The notes under the pieces: model-generated
What the model saw: only the letters and a program-made list of their open reading frames with translations
Databases searched by the model: none
What the model was told of the DNA's origin: nothing
Translations under genes and position numbers: made by a program
Assembly (NCBI RefSeq): GCF_963921235.1
Contig: NC_086108.1
Location: forward strand, 48,548,001-48,612,000
Reading direction: 5' to 3'
Source: Mobula hypostoma
Lineage: Eukaryota
DNA: 64,000 nucleotides
Shown: in pieces, positions 1 through 13,969 of the stretch
Position numbering within the stretch: position 1 is the first letter of the stretch
Layout of the letters: every line of letters starts with the position of its first letter

Positions 1-2251
1 GGCATTATTATTTAAAAATGCATGAGAAACCAGGGAACATGGACATAATTAACAGGAAGTTGCTGCTATCTGTTATAAAGGATGAGTTAACACTGAGCTT
101 ACTTAGAAAATCAAAATATGAGAGTCGACATGATGAAAGAGAAATCATAAATGATGAGATTAATTCATTGAGAATGCAACCAGAAGGTATTTAAGGGAGA
201 ATCAATGCATGTGCTATATCTGGATTTTGAAAAGACTGTTGATCTAACATAAGAAGTCGAAGTATGGAGATATTATTACCCTCTGAAGAGACTGGCACAT
301 TGGGAATCGCTATGATAAACAAATCCTTTTTATATTTGACAGGTGTTTAGGATCTTAGGGATCAGTATGGAGCCTTTTATCACCATCTATAGGGATTATG
401 GGACCATGGCCTAGAAATTCATATGGAATTCCATTATTACCCTCCATCTGAAAGTCTTTTTTTTCTTTTGCTGCACCAGAACATGCTCGAAATAAAGCTT
501 GGTCAAATTGTGATCTTTGGGAAATTTGACCAGGCTCTTCTGGTTCAAGCTTCTGTAAATGACATGAATTTAATAGCAGAACTACATAAAATGACATCAA
601 TCCTCATGTAATGCTCCTCCTGAAGCATTATTGGGGAAATATGCCCACATCGTGCCTGAACCAGTTGGACACTTCTAGGACAACCTCGTTTCTCAACACT
701 GCAATGGACAGGGATCTCATGATACCAAGTGCCATTACATTCTTCCTTTCTCTCAGTCACCAACCGCAACCAACAACATCATCAATATTTCCCCTGCCCA
801 AAGTATGCGTGACTCTTCTGCTGGTAATCAATTCTACTTCTGCCCCTTAGACTGTAATCCAACCCTCCATAGCCAGCCCATCCCCTACCTTACCTAACAG
901 GACAGAGCACAGGAGTGAGATTGTTGACAGTTCAATAGTGTTCAAGCTGCAACAATACCTGGACTGTGCTAGAATACCCAAAACTGCGGGTGGTACCGAA
1001 TTAGGTGAGAAAGTGAGCACTGAGGTCATGGATTGCATAAGAAAGCAAGACACAATGGAAAGTGAAAGGAAGGTGTGAGGAACAGAACTGGCTTTAAAAT
1101 GGTACAATAGCAAAAAAATAATGGTGCACAATTGTACCAAAGTAAGAAAGTCTTGCTAAATTGTGTTCATATTTTCTGAGGCTACACATGGATTCCTATG
1201 AGCAGTCGACAGGCTCTGGACAAAGAGGGAGATGTCTTGCTGAGAACCAGTGTAGCATGGATTCACTCAACTGATCCCTAGGCTGAGGGGTTGTATTATT
1301 AACAGAAAGACTCAGTGGAAATGATTGATCTTTATCTACAGTTTGTAAAAGTGGAAGGTGACCTCATTAAAGCTCAAGGTTCTAAAGGGGGTTGACGAGG
1401 TAGATGCCAGGAGACTCTTTCTTCTGGTTGGCGTGTCTGAAACTGGGTAGCGGAATGAGGAGAAAGCATCAGCTATTTGGGACTGAGATTCATACTTCTA
1501 TGCTTTAAGTCCTTGGAATTTTCTATCACTAGGGCCTATGGCTAATCAATCAGTGTATGCAAGACAAAAATTGGTAGATTGTTCATCAAAAATAGGAGTG
1601 GGGAGGAAAGTGGATGCAGTATAGAACTGTTCATGTATTTCACAAAGAGAATGACAGAATAGATTGAGGAACTGCAGGGCTCACAGCCTCTGTTTCATAC
1701 AATGACTATCCACTTTTCCACTGCTGGCTGCCTATTTTCAGGATAGTCACCTGTTGCCAATCTCTTCTGTCAGAGGGATTGCAAAATACAGTTATTGATT
1801 GATTGATAGATATCTGCTAGAATTTGAATTCTTTGTGGAGTTTCTCCAAATACTGAAGCAAAATATTGCAGATTTAGGAAATAGCATGTTAGGCAGCATC
1901 TTTAACCTGAAGTGTTAATCCTATTTTAGTTAAGATAGTCAGAGACAGAGGGCAATATGGCATGCATACACTCCCTTCAGCCCAGTAAGTCCACCCAACC
2001 AGTCCCAATCCCCCATATCCCTCTAAACCCTACCACTCCAGGTACCAATCTAAATGCTAAACTGAATGAAATGACAAACTGAATTTACTGGGTCAAATAG
2101 CGTGAAAAGCCTTTATGTTTTAACACAGTTCATAAAAAGAGTGTTCTGCATGAAGAAATGTTATCTGTGAAGCAAACATTGCACAAAAAATGAGTTTGAT
2201 ACAGTATGTTCTGCATTGATGCAGTTTTCATTGATACATTTTTCTCTATAG

Positions 2252-2380
2252 ATATCAATGAGTGTAAAGATGGCACCCATCAATGTCGTTACAACCAGAT
2301 TTGCGAAAATACTCGAGGAAGCTACCGTTGTGTTTGTCCACGAGGCTACAGGTCACAGGGAGTTGGAAGGCCCTGCATTG
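2252..2380 (+). CDS. HMCN1: Hemicentin-1 coding exon (cbEGF: DINECKDGTHQCRYNQICENTRGSYRCVCPRGYRSQGVGRPCI)
   Basis: Acceptor tttctctatag| and donor G|gtcagt, phase 1-1. Calcium-binding EGF consensus; peptide matches the HMCN1 C-terminal EGF array as recalled. Confidence 0.95.
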
Positions 2381-2709
2381 GTCAGTAAAATTTAGTAATT
2401 ATTGTTTTCCTTTTTCATATAACATTGGTATGTTAAACCAGATCGGATTGTTTTTTTAAGAAAATCAGGTAACCAGAGGAAGAAAAGTATAGAAATTTAC
2501 CATCATTGGGATAGATGGCTGGGTACAGCATTAAACCAGTCGAAATTGTTCGAGGAGGGGGAGGAGAAGGTGGAGTGGCCGTAGGCTATTGTTCATTTTC
2601 TTTTACTGATGCAAGACAAAGCTGGAGTTTTAGTTATATCAAAAACTTTACTTTTAATTGCTTCACACTTCTTTTAACCAGTAGTGCTCCAGAAGTTCTC
2701 AGACTATAG

Positions 2710-3965
2710 TACAAGAAACTAGGGGCAGATGGATGCCACCTGACGCCTCAGGACTGCCCCACCATTCACAGTAAACATGGCTGACTTGCCCTAAACTTCA
2801 GCTCTTCGGTACCAATTGCCCATCTTTCAAAAACGCTTCTACTTCCTCTTCCAATACTCCCAGTGTCTCACCTCCTCAACCCTCTGGGAAGAGAATTCCA
2901 GAGATTCTCCAATAATCTCCATGAAAGATTGTTCTTACACATGTGTGTTATTCCCTACTCTTGTAACTGTCCAGCATTTAAGGTTCTCCCAAGACTGGAA
3001 ACATTTCAACATCTAACCTCTCATACCCCCATGGATCTTGTGTGTTTCACTAAAAACACCCTTCATTAAGTTCAAAGAATATAGATCTTATTTCTTTAGT
3101 TGGTGATTAAGATAAGCCTTCCATTCAATGAATTAGCTTAATGAATTTCTTTGGAATTCAATGCCACCAATGCCAATATATCCTTTCTTAAATAAAATGA
3201 CCAACAATAATGCAGAGTATTTCAAGTATGTCCTCAGCAGTATTATGTAAAACTGTAACAATACTTTCTCATTTCCAAGTTTCAATCTGTTTACAATAAT
3301 GGCCAAAATGCTTCTGGATTGCTTGATGCTTCTGCCTGCTATGTTCTTTTTTTTGCCTATTGTGTGCAGGTACCTCCAGGTCAGTCAGTACTTCACTCAT
3401 CTGCATTCTCTCTCCATTTAGACACTTTATACGCTCTGGTTCATGGAATCTAACTTCACGCTTTCCCACATTCAACTATGTACCAAATTGCCTCTTACAC
3501 ATTCAATCACGTTCCCACCTATTTCCACATTGTCAGCCATCTTGAATCCCTTACACTCAACCTTCTTTCAGATCATCAATATAATTTGTATCTAATTGAG
3601 GACCAAGAACTGGTCCTTGGGACACACCAATAGTTGCATCCTTTCAGCCTGTGAAAGAAATAATGCAACTCTGTCTTTCATGTGATAATCAATCTTTATT
3701 CCACACACATTCCCCCTGATACAGTGTACTCTTGTTCACTAGCTTGTTGTGGCACCTTATCTAAAGCCTTCTTAAACTTATAATTTACTGCAATTGCAGG
3801 TTCCCCTCTATCATCTCTGCTCTTTACATCCTCAAAGATTCCCAGCAAATGTATCTTTCATAAACAATGTGGACTTAATTTGATTACACTAAGCTTCTCT
3901 ATATGACCAACTGTTCCTTCTTTGATTATAGACTCCCGAATCTTGCCAACAAGAGCTGATAAGCT
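2710..3965 (-). mobile_element. Highly degenerate CR1-like LINE fragment (3' UTR and RT region) in an HMCN1 intron
   Basis: Diverged similarity by eye to the young CR1 at 29832-31000; no intact ORF; boundaries approximate. Confidence 0.55.
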
Positions 3966-5074
3966 AATAGGTCTTAAATTACATCAAAGCAATATACACT
4001 ATGTTTCTAGATTTAGAAGTTTCAACCTTTTAGTTGGGTTGGAGAGCAGAGAAAACAACTTCACAGAGGTTTACAGTATAAACAGGGTCCATTCAGAACA
4101 TCTTGTCCGTACTAACCAAAGAAGTGCTATTTCAGACACATAAGGGTCCTGCGCAAATCCTAATTATAATTTTGGTTACAGATATTTTAATCTTAATATA
4201 CTTTGTGTAATGGTATTTTCTATTGCTGGCTGTTTTTCTAAGTGTTCCCACTGTTAGTTAATGTCCTAATTTTGCAAAGGTTTCTGTGATCCATTGTTTG
4301 AAAAGGACCAGCCAGCAAAATACGGCAAGCCACAAGCCTTCATTGTCTCTTCCCCAAAGACAAATGAGGTGGATTTTGCTGCAGAAATAATGTTGAGGTC
4401 AAAAGCGTTCACCAAAAGGAATTCTGTACAACTTGCACATTTGTGAATGTATGCACATGTACAGCTAAACATCGAATCAGAAAGTTGCTGTTCCAGTAGC
4501 CTCCAGTTCCAGTGCTATACAGGTGACTTGCTGAGAGACTGCATTGACATATAGGGAATGGTGGACTTAAATGTTATCCATCTACCAAACATGGGGAAGA
4601 ATAGGGCTTGTTTGTTCTATTGCATTAGCTTGATGATTACTAATAAGATCTCAGTGTATTTTTTTTTAACAATTGTAGATTCTAATTTCTTTATTTTCAA
4701 ATAAGTATTCTTTTTACTTCTCTTCACTTTCTTTTATCCTTCTCTTGATTTTGGTCTTTCTTTCCTTCATTTTATTTAACTTTATGTACGATTTGACATT
4801 GAATTCACAATTCTAATTTGCATTTCCTAATTTGGAATGTGCTGCTCATTAGCTGTTCCTCAACCTGTGGCTGAAGGCACACATTCACATTCTATGTTCA
4901 CGGATCCCACATTACCTGTAGGAGAATGCTGTGTGGTTTTGGTGCTTTTTAACCTACTAAGCGACACCGTGGCTTTGAGGCCTAGTCCACGTCCAACGCC
5001 CAACTCCCATTAGGCAAATCCATGGCTTTGAGGCCCAGTCCTTGTATATACAAACAAATATAGACTGTGCGTAT

Positions 5075-5245
5075 ATAGTCCAGTATGCCTTTGGATTGTG
5101 GGAGAAACCAGGGCGAAACCCATGCATTCCACAAGGAGGACGTACAGAAACTCCTTATAGAACAGTGGTGGAATTGAACTCTAAACTCCAGAACGCCCCG
5201 GCCTGTAATAGCATCGCCCTAACCGCTATGCTACCATGGTGCCCA
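5075..5245 (-). mobile_element. tRNA-derived SINE (V-SINE/HE1-like)
   Basis: ggagaaacca...aaacccatgc...gtacagaaactccttatagaacagtggtggaattgaac; same family as 45330-45635. Confidence 0.6.
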
Positions 5246-6129
5246 ATGTATACTTACAATATATGCCAATTAGTTATTTGAATATTCAACTATTTTTATT
5301 CTAGAATATTAAGTCCAAAGTAATTAGTAATGATTATTCATTCTTCTATTTTAATAAATTTAGCTGTTGTAACAGTTTAATATTGTACTTACAGTGCATC
5401 ATCAATTACTGTTTTACTATTGACATAGTTTTCACCATGCTAAATTATTAGTTTTCAAAGTTGTTATCAGATATTTCCAAAGTAATATTTGTCTGGGATC
5501 ATTAGATGATCATACAGCTTATTCCTATTTGTGGTTATTTTCTGTAGATCAGGATCAGAAATTTGATTTTATCAATGTTCTATTTTCTGCAGGGTCAGCA
5601 TACATAAAATTATTTTGTTATTAAATATTCATTTGATATCTCATGTTTAACAATGATACACAAGCTGCTAGGTTTTAACTAACATACACAATCCAATGAA
5701 CAACATCACTAGTGTTGCTTTAATCACAGCCTCATGTAACAAACCTGTGTTATCCACTTGATGAAGGAAAGATGTCAGATTTTTTTGAACTGCATTAAAC
5801 TGCCAAAACACTAAACTTACAGTTGCTTAAAATTACTCATAATTTGGTACTATTTAGCAACTTTTCATTTGTCATGCATGCGTTTTAAATAGAAATAAAA
5901 TTCCACACCAGTTCTCTTATACGATTCTTTAATAAGGTTATAAATGGAGGGACAATGTTACAAGTGATCATGGATGTCAGAAATGGAAAGAACTCCAAGA
6001 TTCACTTAAAATGAGCAGATAATTACATTAAAAAAATAAAATTACAAGATGATTAAGCCAAGATTCATCCTGCAGTTATTTAACCACATGCCATCTCTAA
6101 GTTCCAACTCAGGATGGTATAATTAGAAA

Positions 6130-8585
6130 CCATGCTCAGTGATCTTTGGCTCCTAAGGAAGAATGAGGACTTGATGGGTAGGAGCTAAAGGGCTGTAGTC
6201 ACTCCTAATTGCAGGAGGCAGATAGCTGGATGGCTGTCAGGAGAGGGGAAGTGAATAGGAGGCCAGTGCAGGGTGCCTATGTGGCCATTTTCCTCAATAA
6301 TAAGTACGTATACCACTTTCGGTACTGGGGGCGATGACTTATTGGGGGAAGGTGCAGAGATCAGGACTCTAACACTGAGTCTGGCGCTGTAGCTCAGAAG
6401 GGGCCAGGGGAGAAGAGAAGTGCTGCGGTGATGGGGGACTCCATAGTTAGAGGAACAGACAGGAGATTCTATGGATGAGAAAGAGACACCCGGATGGTAT
6501 GTTGCCTCCCGGGTGCCAGGGTCAAGGATATCTTAAACTGGGTTCACAGCATTCTATATGGGGAGAGTGAACAACCAGAAGTCACAGTACGTATTGGCTC
6601 CAATGACATAGGTAGGAAAAGGGCGGGGGGAGGTCTTGAAGAGAGAATATAGGGAGTTAGGTAGAAAGCTGAAAAGCAGGACATCCAGGATAGTAATTCT
6701 GGATGCTGCCCATGCCACGCACCAGTGAGCATAAGAATAGGATGATTTGGAGGAATTGGTGTGGGGCAGAGTTCCATATTTCTGGATTATTGGGTTCCCT
6801 CCCGGGGAAGGACCTGTATAAAAAGGACACGTTACACCTGAACCCAAGGGGGACTGATATCCTTGTGGACAGGTTTGCTAGAGCCGTTGGGGAAGGTTTA
6901 AACTATTTAGGCAGGGGATGTGAACCGAAGTAATAAGACTGAGGACGGGTCAGTAGGTATACAAGTAGATGCAGTGTGTTGTGAGACTGTGAAGAAGGAC
7001 AGGCAGATGATAGGACAAAATTGGGAAGAGCTGAAGAGTAACATGGGAGCAAAATAAAGAAGGGTGATTAATCCAGGACCAGGACTGAAGGTGTTATATT
7101 TGAATGCATGCTGTATATGGAATGATGTAGATGTATTGTGGCTGAAAGAAGATTGTATTTTGGAGCTTAACATCCAGGGATACATAATGTATCGAAAGTT
7201 CAGACAGTTAGGTAGAGAGGGTGGGATAGGTCTGTTGGTAAAAAAAATGCAATCAAATCCATAGAAATGGGTGACATCAGATCAGAAGATGTGGAATCCT
7301 TGTAGACAGAGTTAAGAAACTGCAAGAGTTAAAAAGCCCTGATGGGAGTTATATACAGGCTTCCAAACAGTAGCCAGGATGTGGGATACAAATTACAACA
7401 GGAGAGAGAAAAGGCATGTAAAAAGGGCAATGTTACAATAATCATAGGGATTTTAATATATAGGTCGATTGGGTGCTGGAAGCCAAGAGATGGAATTTAT
7501 AGAATACCCAGGAGATGGCATTTTAGAGCTGCCTGTGGTTGAGCCCACCAGCAGAAAGGTAATTCTGGAATGGGTATTGTGTAATGAACCAGATTTGTTT
7601 AGGGAGCTTAGGGTAAAGGAACCCTTAGGAGGAATTCTACAGTGATAGAATTCATCCTGTAGTTTGAAAGGGAAAAGCTAAAATCAGATGTATCAGTATT
7701 TCAGTGGAGTAAAGGAAATTACAGAGGTACGAAAGAGGAGCTGGTCAAAGTTGATTGGAAGGGGACACTAGAAGAGCAGGTAGTGTTGTGGAAGCAGGGA
7801 GCCTGCAGAAGGCCTTAGACCAACTGTGAGAATGGGCAAAGAAGTGAAAGATGTAATATAGTGTCGGGAAGGGTATGGTCATGCATTTTGGTAGAAGGAA
7901 TAAATAATATTTTCTAAATGGGGAGAAAATTCAAAAATCAAAGACGCAAAGGCACTTGGGAGTCCTTTGCGGGATTCCCTAAAGGGTAACTTGCAAGTGG
8001 AGTTAGTGGTAAGGACGATAAATGCAATATTAGCATTCATTTCAAGAGGACCAGAATATAAGAGCAAGGTGTAATACTGAGGCTTTATAAAGCATTGGTC
8101 AGACCACACTTGGAGTAATGCAAGTAGTTTTCGGCCCCTTATCTAAGAAAGATGTGCTGGCATTGGAAAGGGTCCAGAGGAGTTTAACAAGAATGATTCC
8201 TGGAATGAAAGGATTAATGCATGAGGAGCATTTGATGTCTCCTAGCCTGTACTCACAGCAGTTTAGAAGAATGAGGGAAGATCTCATTGTAAACTATCAA
8301 ATATTGAAAAGTCTAGTTAGAGTGGATGTGGAGAGGATGTTTCCTATAGTGGGTGAGTCTAGGACCAGAGGGCACAACCTCAGAATAGAGAGACGTCCAT
8401 TTCAAATGTGTATATTTAAAGCGAAGGTTGATAAGTTCTTGATTAGTAGGGTATCTAAGGTTACAGGGTGAAGGTAGGAGAATGAGGTTGAGAGTGATAA
8501 TAAATCAGTCATGATGGAATGGCAGAGCAGATTCGATGGGTCAAATGGCTTAATTCTGCTCCTTGGTCTTATGTTTTATGGTCAA
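6130..8585 (+). mobile_element. Old, internally deleted CR1 LINE (decayed SGNH-esterase ORF1, endonuclease, RT C-terminus, 3' UTR)
   Basis: Remnants VMGDSIVRGTDRRF, CCLPGARVKDI, KKDTLHLNPRG, LKVLYLNA, GVIYRLPNSS and LERVQRSLTRMIPG, colinear with the element at 49453-54143. Many stops; most of the RT is missing after about 7770. Confidence 0.9.
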
Positions 8586-8924
8586 AAAGGTCTAAGATTC
8601 ATAACCAGTCTGTAGCTCTCCTAGTAATATGTTCATTTAAACTCCCATAACACCTGGTTGCATCAGAAATATTATTGTTCAAAAAGTAAGGCAGGTTGGA
8701 AATGTGCCTCAGTCAGAGACATTCACATTATACATGTTCCTGTCAAACAGATAATACTGTGTTGAAAGTTTTTTTATTCTAAATCCTACCTGTAAAATCA
8801 GTAAAATCAGATTACTCTATGTATGATAGGCTTACTGTGTTATCCAAACTGATCCTCTTTTTCTGTGTTCTCTTTTCTTTCCATTTCATGGTATGTTATG
8901 CTGCGACCCATGTCATATGAGCAG

Positions 8925-9266
8925 ACATTGGCGAATGTGAACAGGTGCCTAAACCTTGTGCATACCAGTGCATCAACACACCTGGCAGCTTCAAGTGCGT
9001 GTGTCCACCTGGACAACATTTGTTAGGTGATGGGAAATCTTGCGCTGGATTAGAAAGATTGCCAAAGTATAGGGGAATTTATAATTTTGGCCATTTCCCC
9101 AGTGTGGGTTCCTTCATCCAGCAACAGCAACACTTTAATCAGACCTGGCAGTATAGATCCCACATGGGCTACGGAAGCCTTTACCATGCACCTTTCTCCA
9201 GGACTGGCAAGAGCATTAGAAAAACATGCCCTGAAGGCTATGAGGCAAAGCATGGCAATTGCATAG
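8925..9266 (+). CDS. HMCN1: Hemicentin-1 coding exon (EGF DIGECEQVPKPC...GKSC, linker, TCPEGYEAKHGNCI)
   Basis: gcag| acceptor, G|gtaaac donor, 342 nt, phase 1-1. Contains the HMCN1-typical CPPGQHLLGDGKSCAGLERLP. Confidence 0.93.
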
Positions 9267-10769
9267 GTAAACATCACCCTTTGTAAATGAAAAACTTCAT
9301 TTTTATGTAATATAAGCTGGAAAAATATTAATAAAATGTATTTAAGGCTGGAAAGCTGAAGTATCACTGCACAGGAAATTGCTTCTTGATTATGTTCACT
9401 AATCTAACTCATCTTTTGCCTTCAGGTTATGAGCAATGTAATTTTTTATTTTCCTTCTGTCATAATATACCTTCATCATTTGATTTTATAAAGCCATGGT
9501 ATTTTTCCCGAAGTCTGAATATGCATTAACCTCAACATCAGCATAGCCTCAGGGTCCAGTATGAACTGATCTAAGTGAATAAAAAACGTACAAATAGTTT
9601 TCATTCTGCTACTGAACCAGTGGGCTTGCTGTTTCAGTAAGTCATTAATATACCTAATTTTCGAGTGAAAAGGAATCTATGTATCAGTTAGATGCATTTC
9701 AACATCCTGAATGGCTTGATGTGTGGGATCTGAAATTTGATACTTAGAAAACAGATGTGCTTACAGAGTCCCATAACACACAATAAAAATAAATGGCTAG
9801 AAATTTTCATGCACTTAAACAATTGTTAAAACAGTTCTGTTCAGGAAACCAGCACTGCAAACTTGTCTTGTAGATGGGCATTGACAGCATTGTGTCTTCC
9901 AAAGACTTTGAAAGTATGCTGTGGTTACTGTGCAGACAAACAACAGAGATCTACGAGTGAGACTTTTAGATTTAAGGAGACTGTTCCCAATGGGATCTGC
10001 CCTTGAGCAATGGGCTGGTTTAGAGCAATGGCAAAGCAGAGATGGCAGTGGCCACTGAGCATAATTTAAGGATGATGGGACATTCTGCCATCCGAAATGT
10101 TTACATATAGAAGGCATCAAACGTATCAGACATCATTCCCACTTAAAAACAAGGATGTACCCACATCAGCAGTAAGATCAGAATGGGCACCCAAGGACAG
10201 GTCAGAGGAAGATAGCCAAATCCTATTTTGGACCCATGCTCTTTCTTCAACACAAACTCTTTATTATTGTCGTTTTTACTATTTAATCTGCATTACAGAG
10301 GCAGTGCATCACCGATATATGTTCAGCTGCTCCTTTGCACATACAAGACTACGACCACTTCACTACACAATAGATTTCTAGCTAACAATGTCTGTTCTCA
10401 CTTATGAAAAGCAAGCCCTTGAAACAGCTGGTAGAAGGCTGCTTGCAGCTTAACATTTGTGGGAAGAGGAAAAGGAAGAACTTGGAGGAAGTGGGAAAGT
10501 GACCAATTTTTTTTAATTCTCCTATTTCAGACAGGGCAAATTTTCCAAAGTAAATACAATCCTTTTTAAAATTCATTTCATTCTATTAAGTTTTATATTA
10601 ATTTTTAAACAATAATGCAGCAAAGTTCATGCCTGAATATCTATTAAATCATGAATTCTATCTAAACAATGGCAGAAATTCTGTCATTGAAGACCACCTT
10701 CACTTGTTAATCATTGATTGTGATTAATACCTAGTTGATCTTACTGAATGTCAGCTTTTCTATTCACAG

Positions 10770-10889
10770 ATATTGATGAATGTGAAAACAAGGAACCTTG
10801 TCAGCATGACTGCAAGAACACAGCAGGGAGCTACCAATGTCTCTGCCCCAGTGGATACAGGCTCATGTCCAATGGAAAAGCATGTCATG
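10770..10889 (+). CDS. HMCN1: Hemicentin-1 coding exon (cb[43 protein letters not shown])
   Basis: ttttctattcacag| acceptor, G|gtaggg donor, 120 nt, cbEGF consensus. Confidence 0.95.
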
Positions 10890-12360
10890 GTAGGGTGGAG
10901 TCTTACAAGTCCCTGGTCATAACTTGTGCAGTTATTACTTTCATCGTTGATACATTAATTAAGAAAATCACATCTGAAATAGGAGAAGGACACTTAGCTC
11001 CTTGTACATGCTGTGGTCTTCACTAAGATCATGGCTGATCATTTATCCTAATACTATTTTCCTGCGTTAACACTACATCCCTTGATAGCTACGTATATTA
11101 CCAGTCTATCTTAAATATGCACAGCAACTGAGCCTCAAAAACTCCCTTGGGAAGAGAAATAAGGTTTCACCAGCTTCTGGATGAAGACATTTTTTCTCAT
11201 CCCAATACTGAATGGTTAACCCCTTATTTTGATACTGTGACTGTTGAGCAAAGGTAAAAGCAACTTACATTCGGCATCAGTTCACCACATTGGCTTGTTT
11301 TCACTACACCACTTGTTCCAAGAACCCCAGTTAGTGAAATAACATTCTCGTACCCATCTAACAAGCTGAATAGAAATTTGGTGGGTATCAGTGAAACCTC
11401 TTTTAAGATGATACAGAACCAAATCACTTAATCTTTCTTCATCTGACAAATCAATTCGTATCAATTATTTTTGACCAGACCCAGAGATAGTATTTATGAT
11501 GTAGACTCACCAGCCAAATGCTTAAAATAGTTATTTTCGCAACACAATTTCACTGAAATTGCTACTTCCACTTGTCTAAAACCAAAAGCAAAGGTTACAA
11601 ATGTTAAAATTCACATTTGAACTAGGCGGAAAATGCAGAAGCACCTTACTAAGAGAGTATATTTCCTCACGATAAGTAATTGAAGTGAATACCATGGATG
11701 GATTTAAGAGGAAGCTGTTGTGTATTTAATATTTCAATAATATTTGAGTAATCTTGTATATATTGTTTGATTAAGCATTCTTGTTCTGTTAAATAATTAA
11801 TTACAGGTTATATATAAAATATATTAATTGCATAAGTCATCACGCTACCACATGACATGTACATGTCTCACTTAAAGTTACCTTGAACTACACCTGTATT
11901 TTTGGACTCTCTTGAAAACCTGAGAGAGAAAAGAATAATAAAAATGTGTTACTGGAATCGGATGAAGGGCAAAGGATTATACAGATTGGGAAAAAGAAAC
12001 AGTAATAAATGTTACATATGCATAGTCTTACATCCATCATATTTTGCTTTAGTTGTCAAACATTGCATTAAAATTTACAAAACCGATACTACTTTCAATC
12101 TTAAACAGCAGAACATCCATGTTTCCTATATAATGATATATATCTGTTATTTTAACAAAGCTCAACAACTCCAGTCCTATGGCTTTCATTAGTAGGCTCT
12201 TGAAGATCTTCATGCCCCTTAATTTTTCAGTGAAAAAATATAAAAATTTAATCTAATAGTGAAAAATTCATTTATTTTTGATATGTTCCAGTCATAAGCA
12301 CTCACATATTTTAAGCAATTTTAAACATTGCGGTAATATTTTCTTTTCTGGCATCTGCAG

Positions 12361-12487
12361 ATGTTGATGAATGTCTGGAACAAAACATCTATTGTGGAGC
12401 GAATCGTATGTGTTTTAATATGAGAGGCAGTTACCAGTGCATAGACACACCTTGTCCACCCAACTACCAGCGAGATCCAGTTACCGG
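12361..12487 (+). CDS. HMCN1: Hemicentin-1 penultimate coding exon (DVDECLEQNIYCGANRMCFNMRGSYQCIDTPCPPNYQRDPVTG)
   Basis: ctgcag| acceptor, GG|gtatga donor (phase 1-2); the frame joins the next exon. Confidence 0.95.
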
Positions 12488-13602
12488 GTATGATTCACAA
12501 ATGCAATTAGCTTTGTTCTACTGTTATCTTTTGTTACCCTGTTTTATATCATTTTTACATGTACAGAGGAAACTGATTATCAACTTCTCATCCAGTTAAC
12601 AAATTATTTCCCATTCATTCCTATTGTTCTCCTGATTCTTTTTAAGCAAATCAAGGTTTAGAAGTATATGTATCAGCACATTCTTTGAAGACTAAAATTT
12701 CTTACAGGAGGTTAGTTTAAATAATCCCCTATATTTATTTTCAATATTCGTGTCTAATTAGAAGAGACAAGATAGGAAGTTCTGTTTTGCTTTATAAACA
12801 AACGGTCTATGGAGGTGCTGATCAAATCCTAATTAACTGGATTTCCCAGTAGAATACTGCATGAGGATGATAATTATTAACATTTCCTTCTTATAGTTTG
12901 CCCAATGAAGCTGTCAACCAGAAAGCAATCATACAATCCTTAAGTCACACATGAAATGTTTGTGATTGTGTTGTTTTGAATTATGACTCACTTCAATAGC
13001 TTAAACAAGTTTATACACTTGCATGAAAAAATGTTCTGAAATTTTGTGACTAAAAGTTATAAAAGGACTGAAAGGATTATTGTTTTCTATATCCAATGTC
13101 ATTCTCCTTCCAGCTCCCATTAGCTTCTTAAAAAATATAATTGATAATATGCTAGACAGTTAAGAATGGGAGGACATACTATGCATTTCAAATTTTTTGT
13201 CTGCCTTGATATTTAGTGTCTAGGGTTTACTGCATTGTTCTTTTCTAATTCAAATATTTGCTCCAAAATGTAAAACAAAATTCCAGAGAAACTGGTGGTG
13301 TTAGGTTGAACACAGGAAGGTTGAATTCATGAGCCAGAGCCCAGTAGCTCAAATTTAAGAATATTTCAGTGAAAACCAAATTAAATCAGGTAAGTGGGTA
13401 CAGGTTCACACCAGTTCAATATAGATCTAATGGATCTAAAGCTGCTTTTTGGAGTGATTAACCTATGTCACAGACAGGGGCATCAATAGCAAAATGGAAT
13501 AAATTTGGAAACAGTGCTTCCTTTCATAATAATAATGATAGAGTGAATCAGTCTTTTCTCCTTCTTCGAGCTTGTGAATTGAAATACGTATTTGTTTTGT
13601 AG

Positions 13603-13969
13603 ATTTTGCCTGAAAAACTGTCCGCCCAATAATCTGGAGTGTGCTCTCAGTCCGTATGCCTTGGAATATAAACTTGTTGCCCTTCCATTTGGTATTGCCG
13701 CTAACCAGGATCTTATCCGTCTGGTGGCTTATACTCATGATGGAGTGATGCATCCCAGAACTGTCTTCTACGTGGTTGATGAGGACCCACTGCTACCTTT
13801 CGCAATTCGAGATGAAAACATGAAAGGAGTTGTATTCACAATTAAACCGCTACAGGAGCCTCAGACGTACAGGATGAAAGTACGAGCTTCATCATACAGT
13901 GCAAATGGAAACATTGAATATCAGACTACTTTTATAGTTTATATAGCAGTGTCAGCATACCCATACTAA
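13603..13969 (+). CDS. HMCN1: Hemicentin-1 terminal coding exon (fibulin-type C-terminal module ending IAVSAYPY*)
   Basis: tttgttttgtag| acceptor. FCLKNCPPNNLECALSPYALEYKLV...QTTFIVYIAVSAYPY is the HMCN1 C-terminus; TAA at 13967-13969. Confidence 0.97.

Noticed and set aside
1..1700. Short ORFs and weak LINE/Penelope-like similarity at the window start
   Set aside because: Too degenerate to assign family or boundaries; no HMCN1 exon recognisable there.
4969..5041. ~20-bp direct repeat tggctttgaggcc(t/c)agtcc
   Set aside because: Only two copies next to a SINE; most simply a small local duplication.
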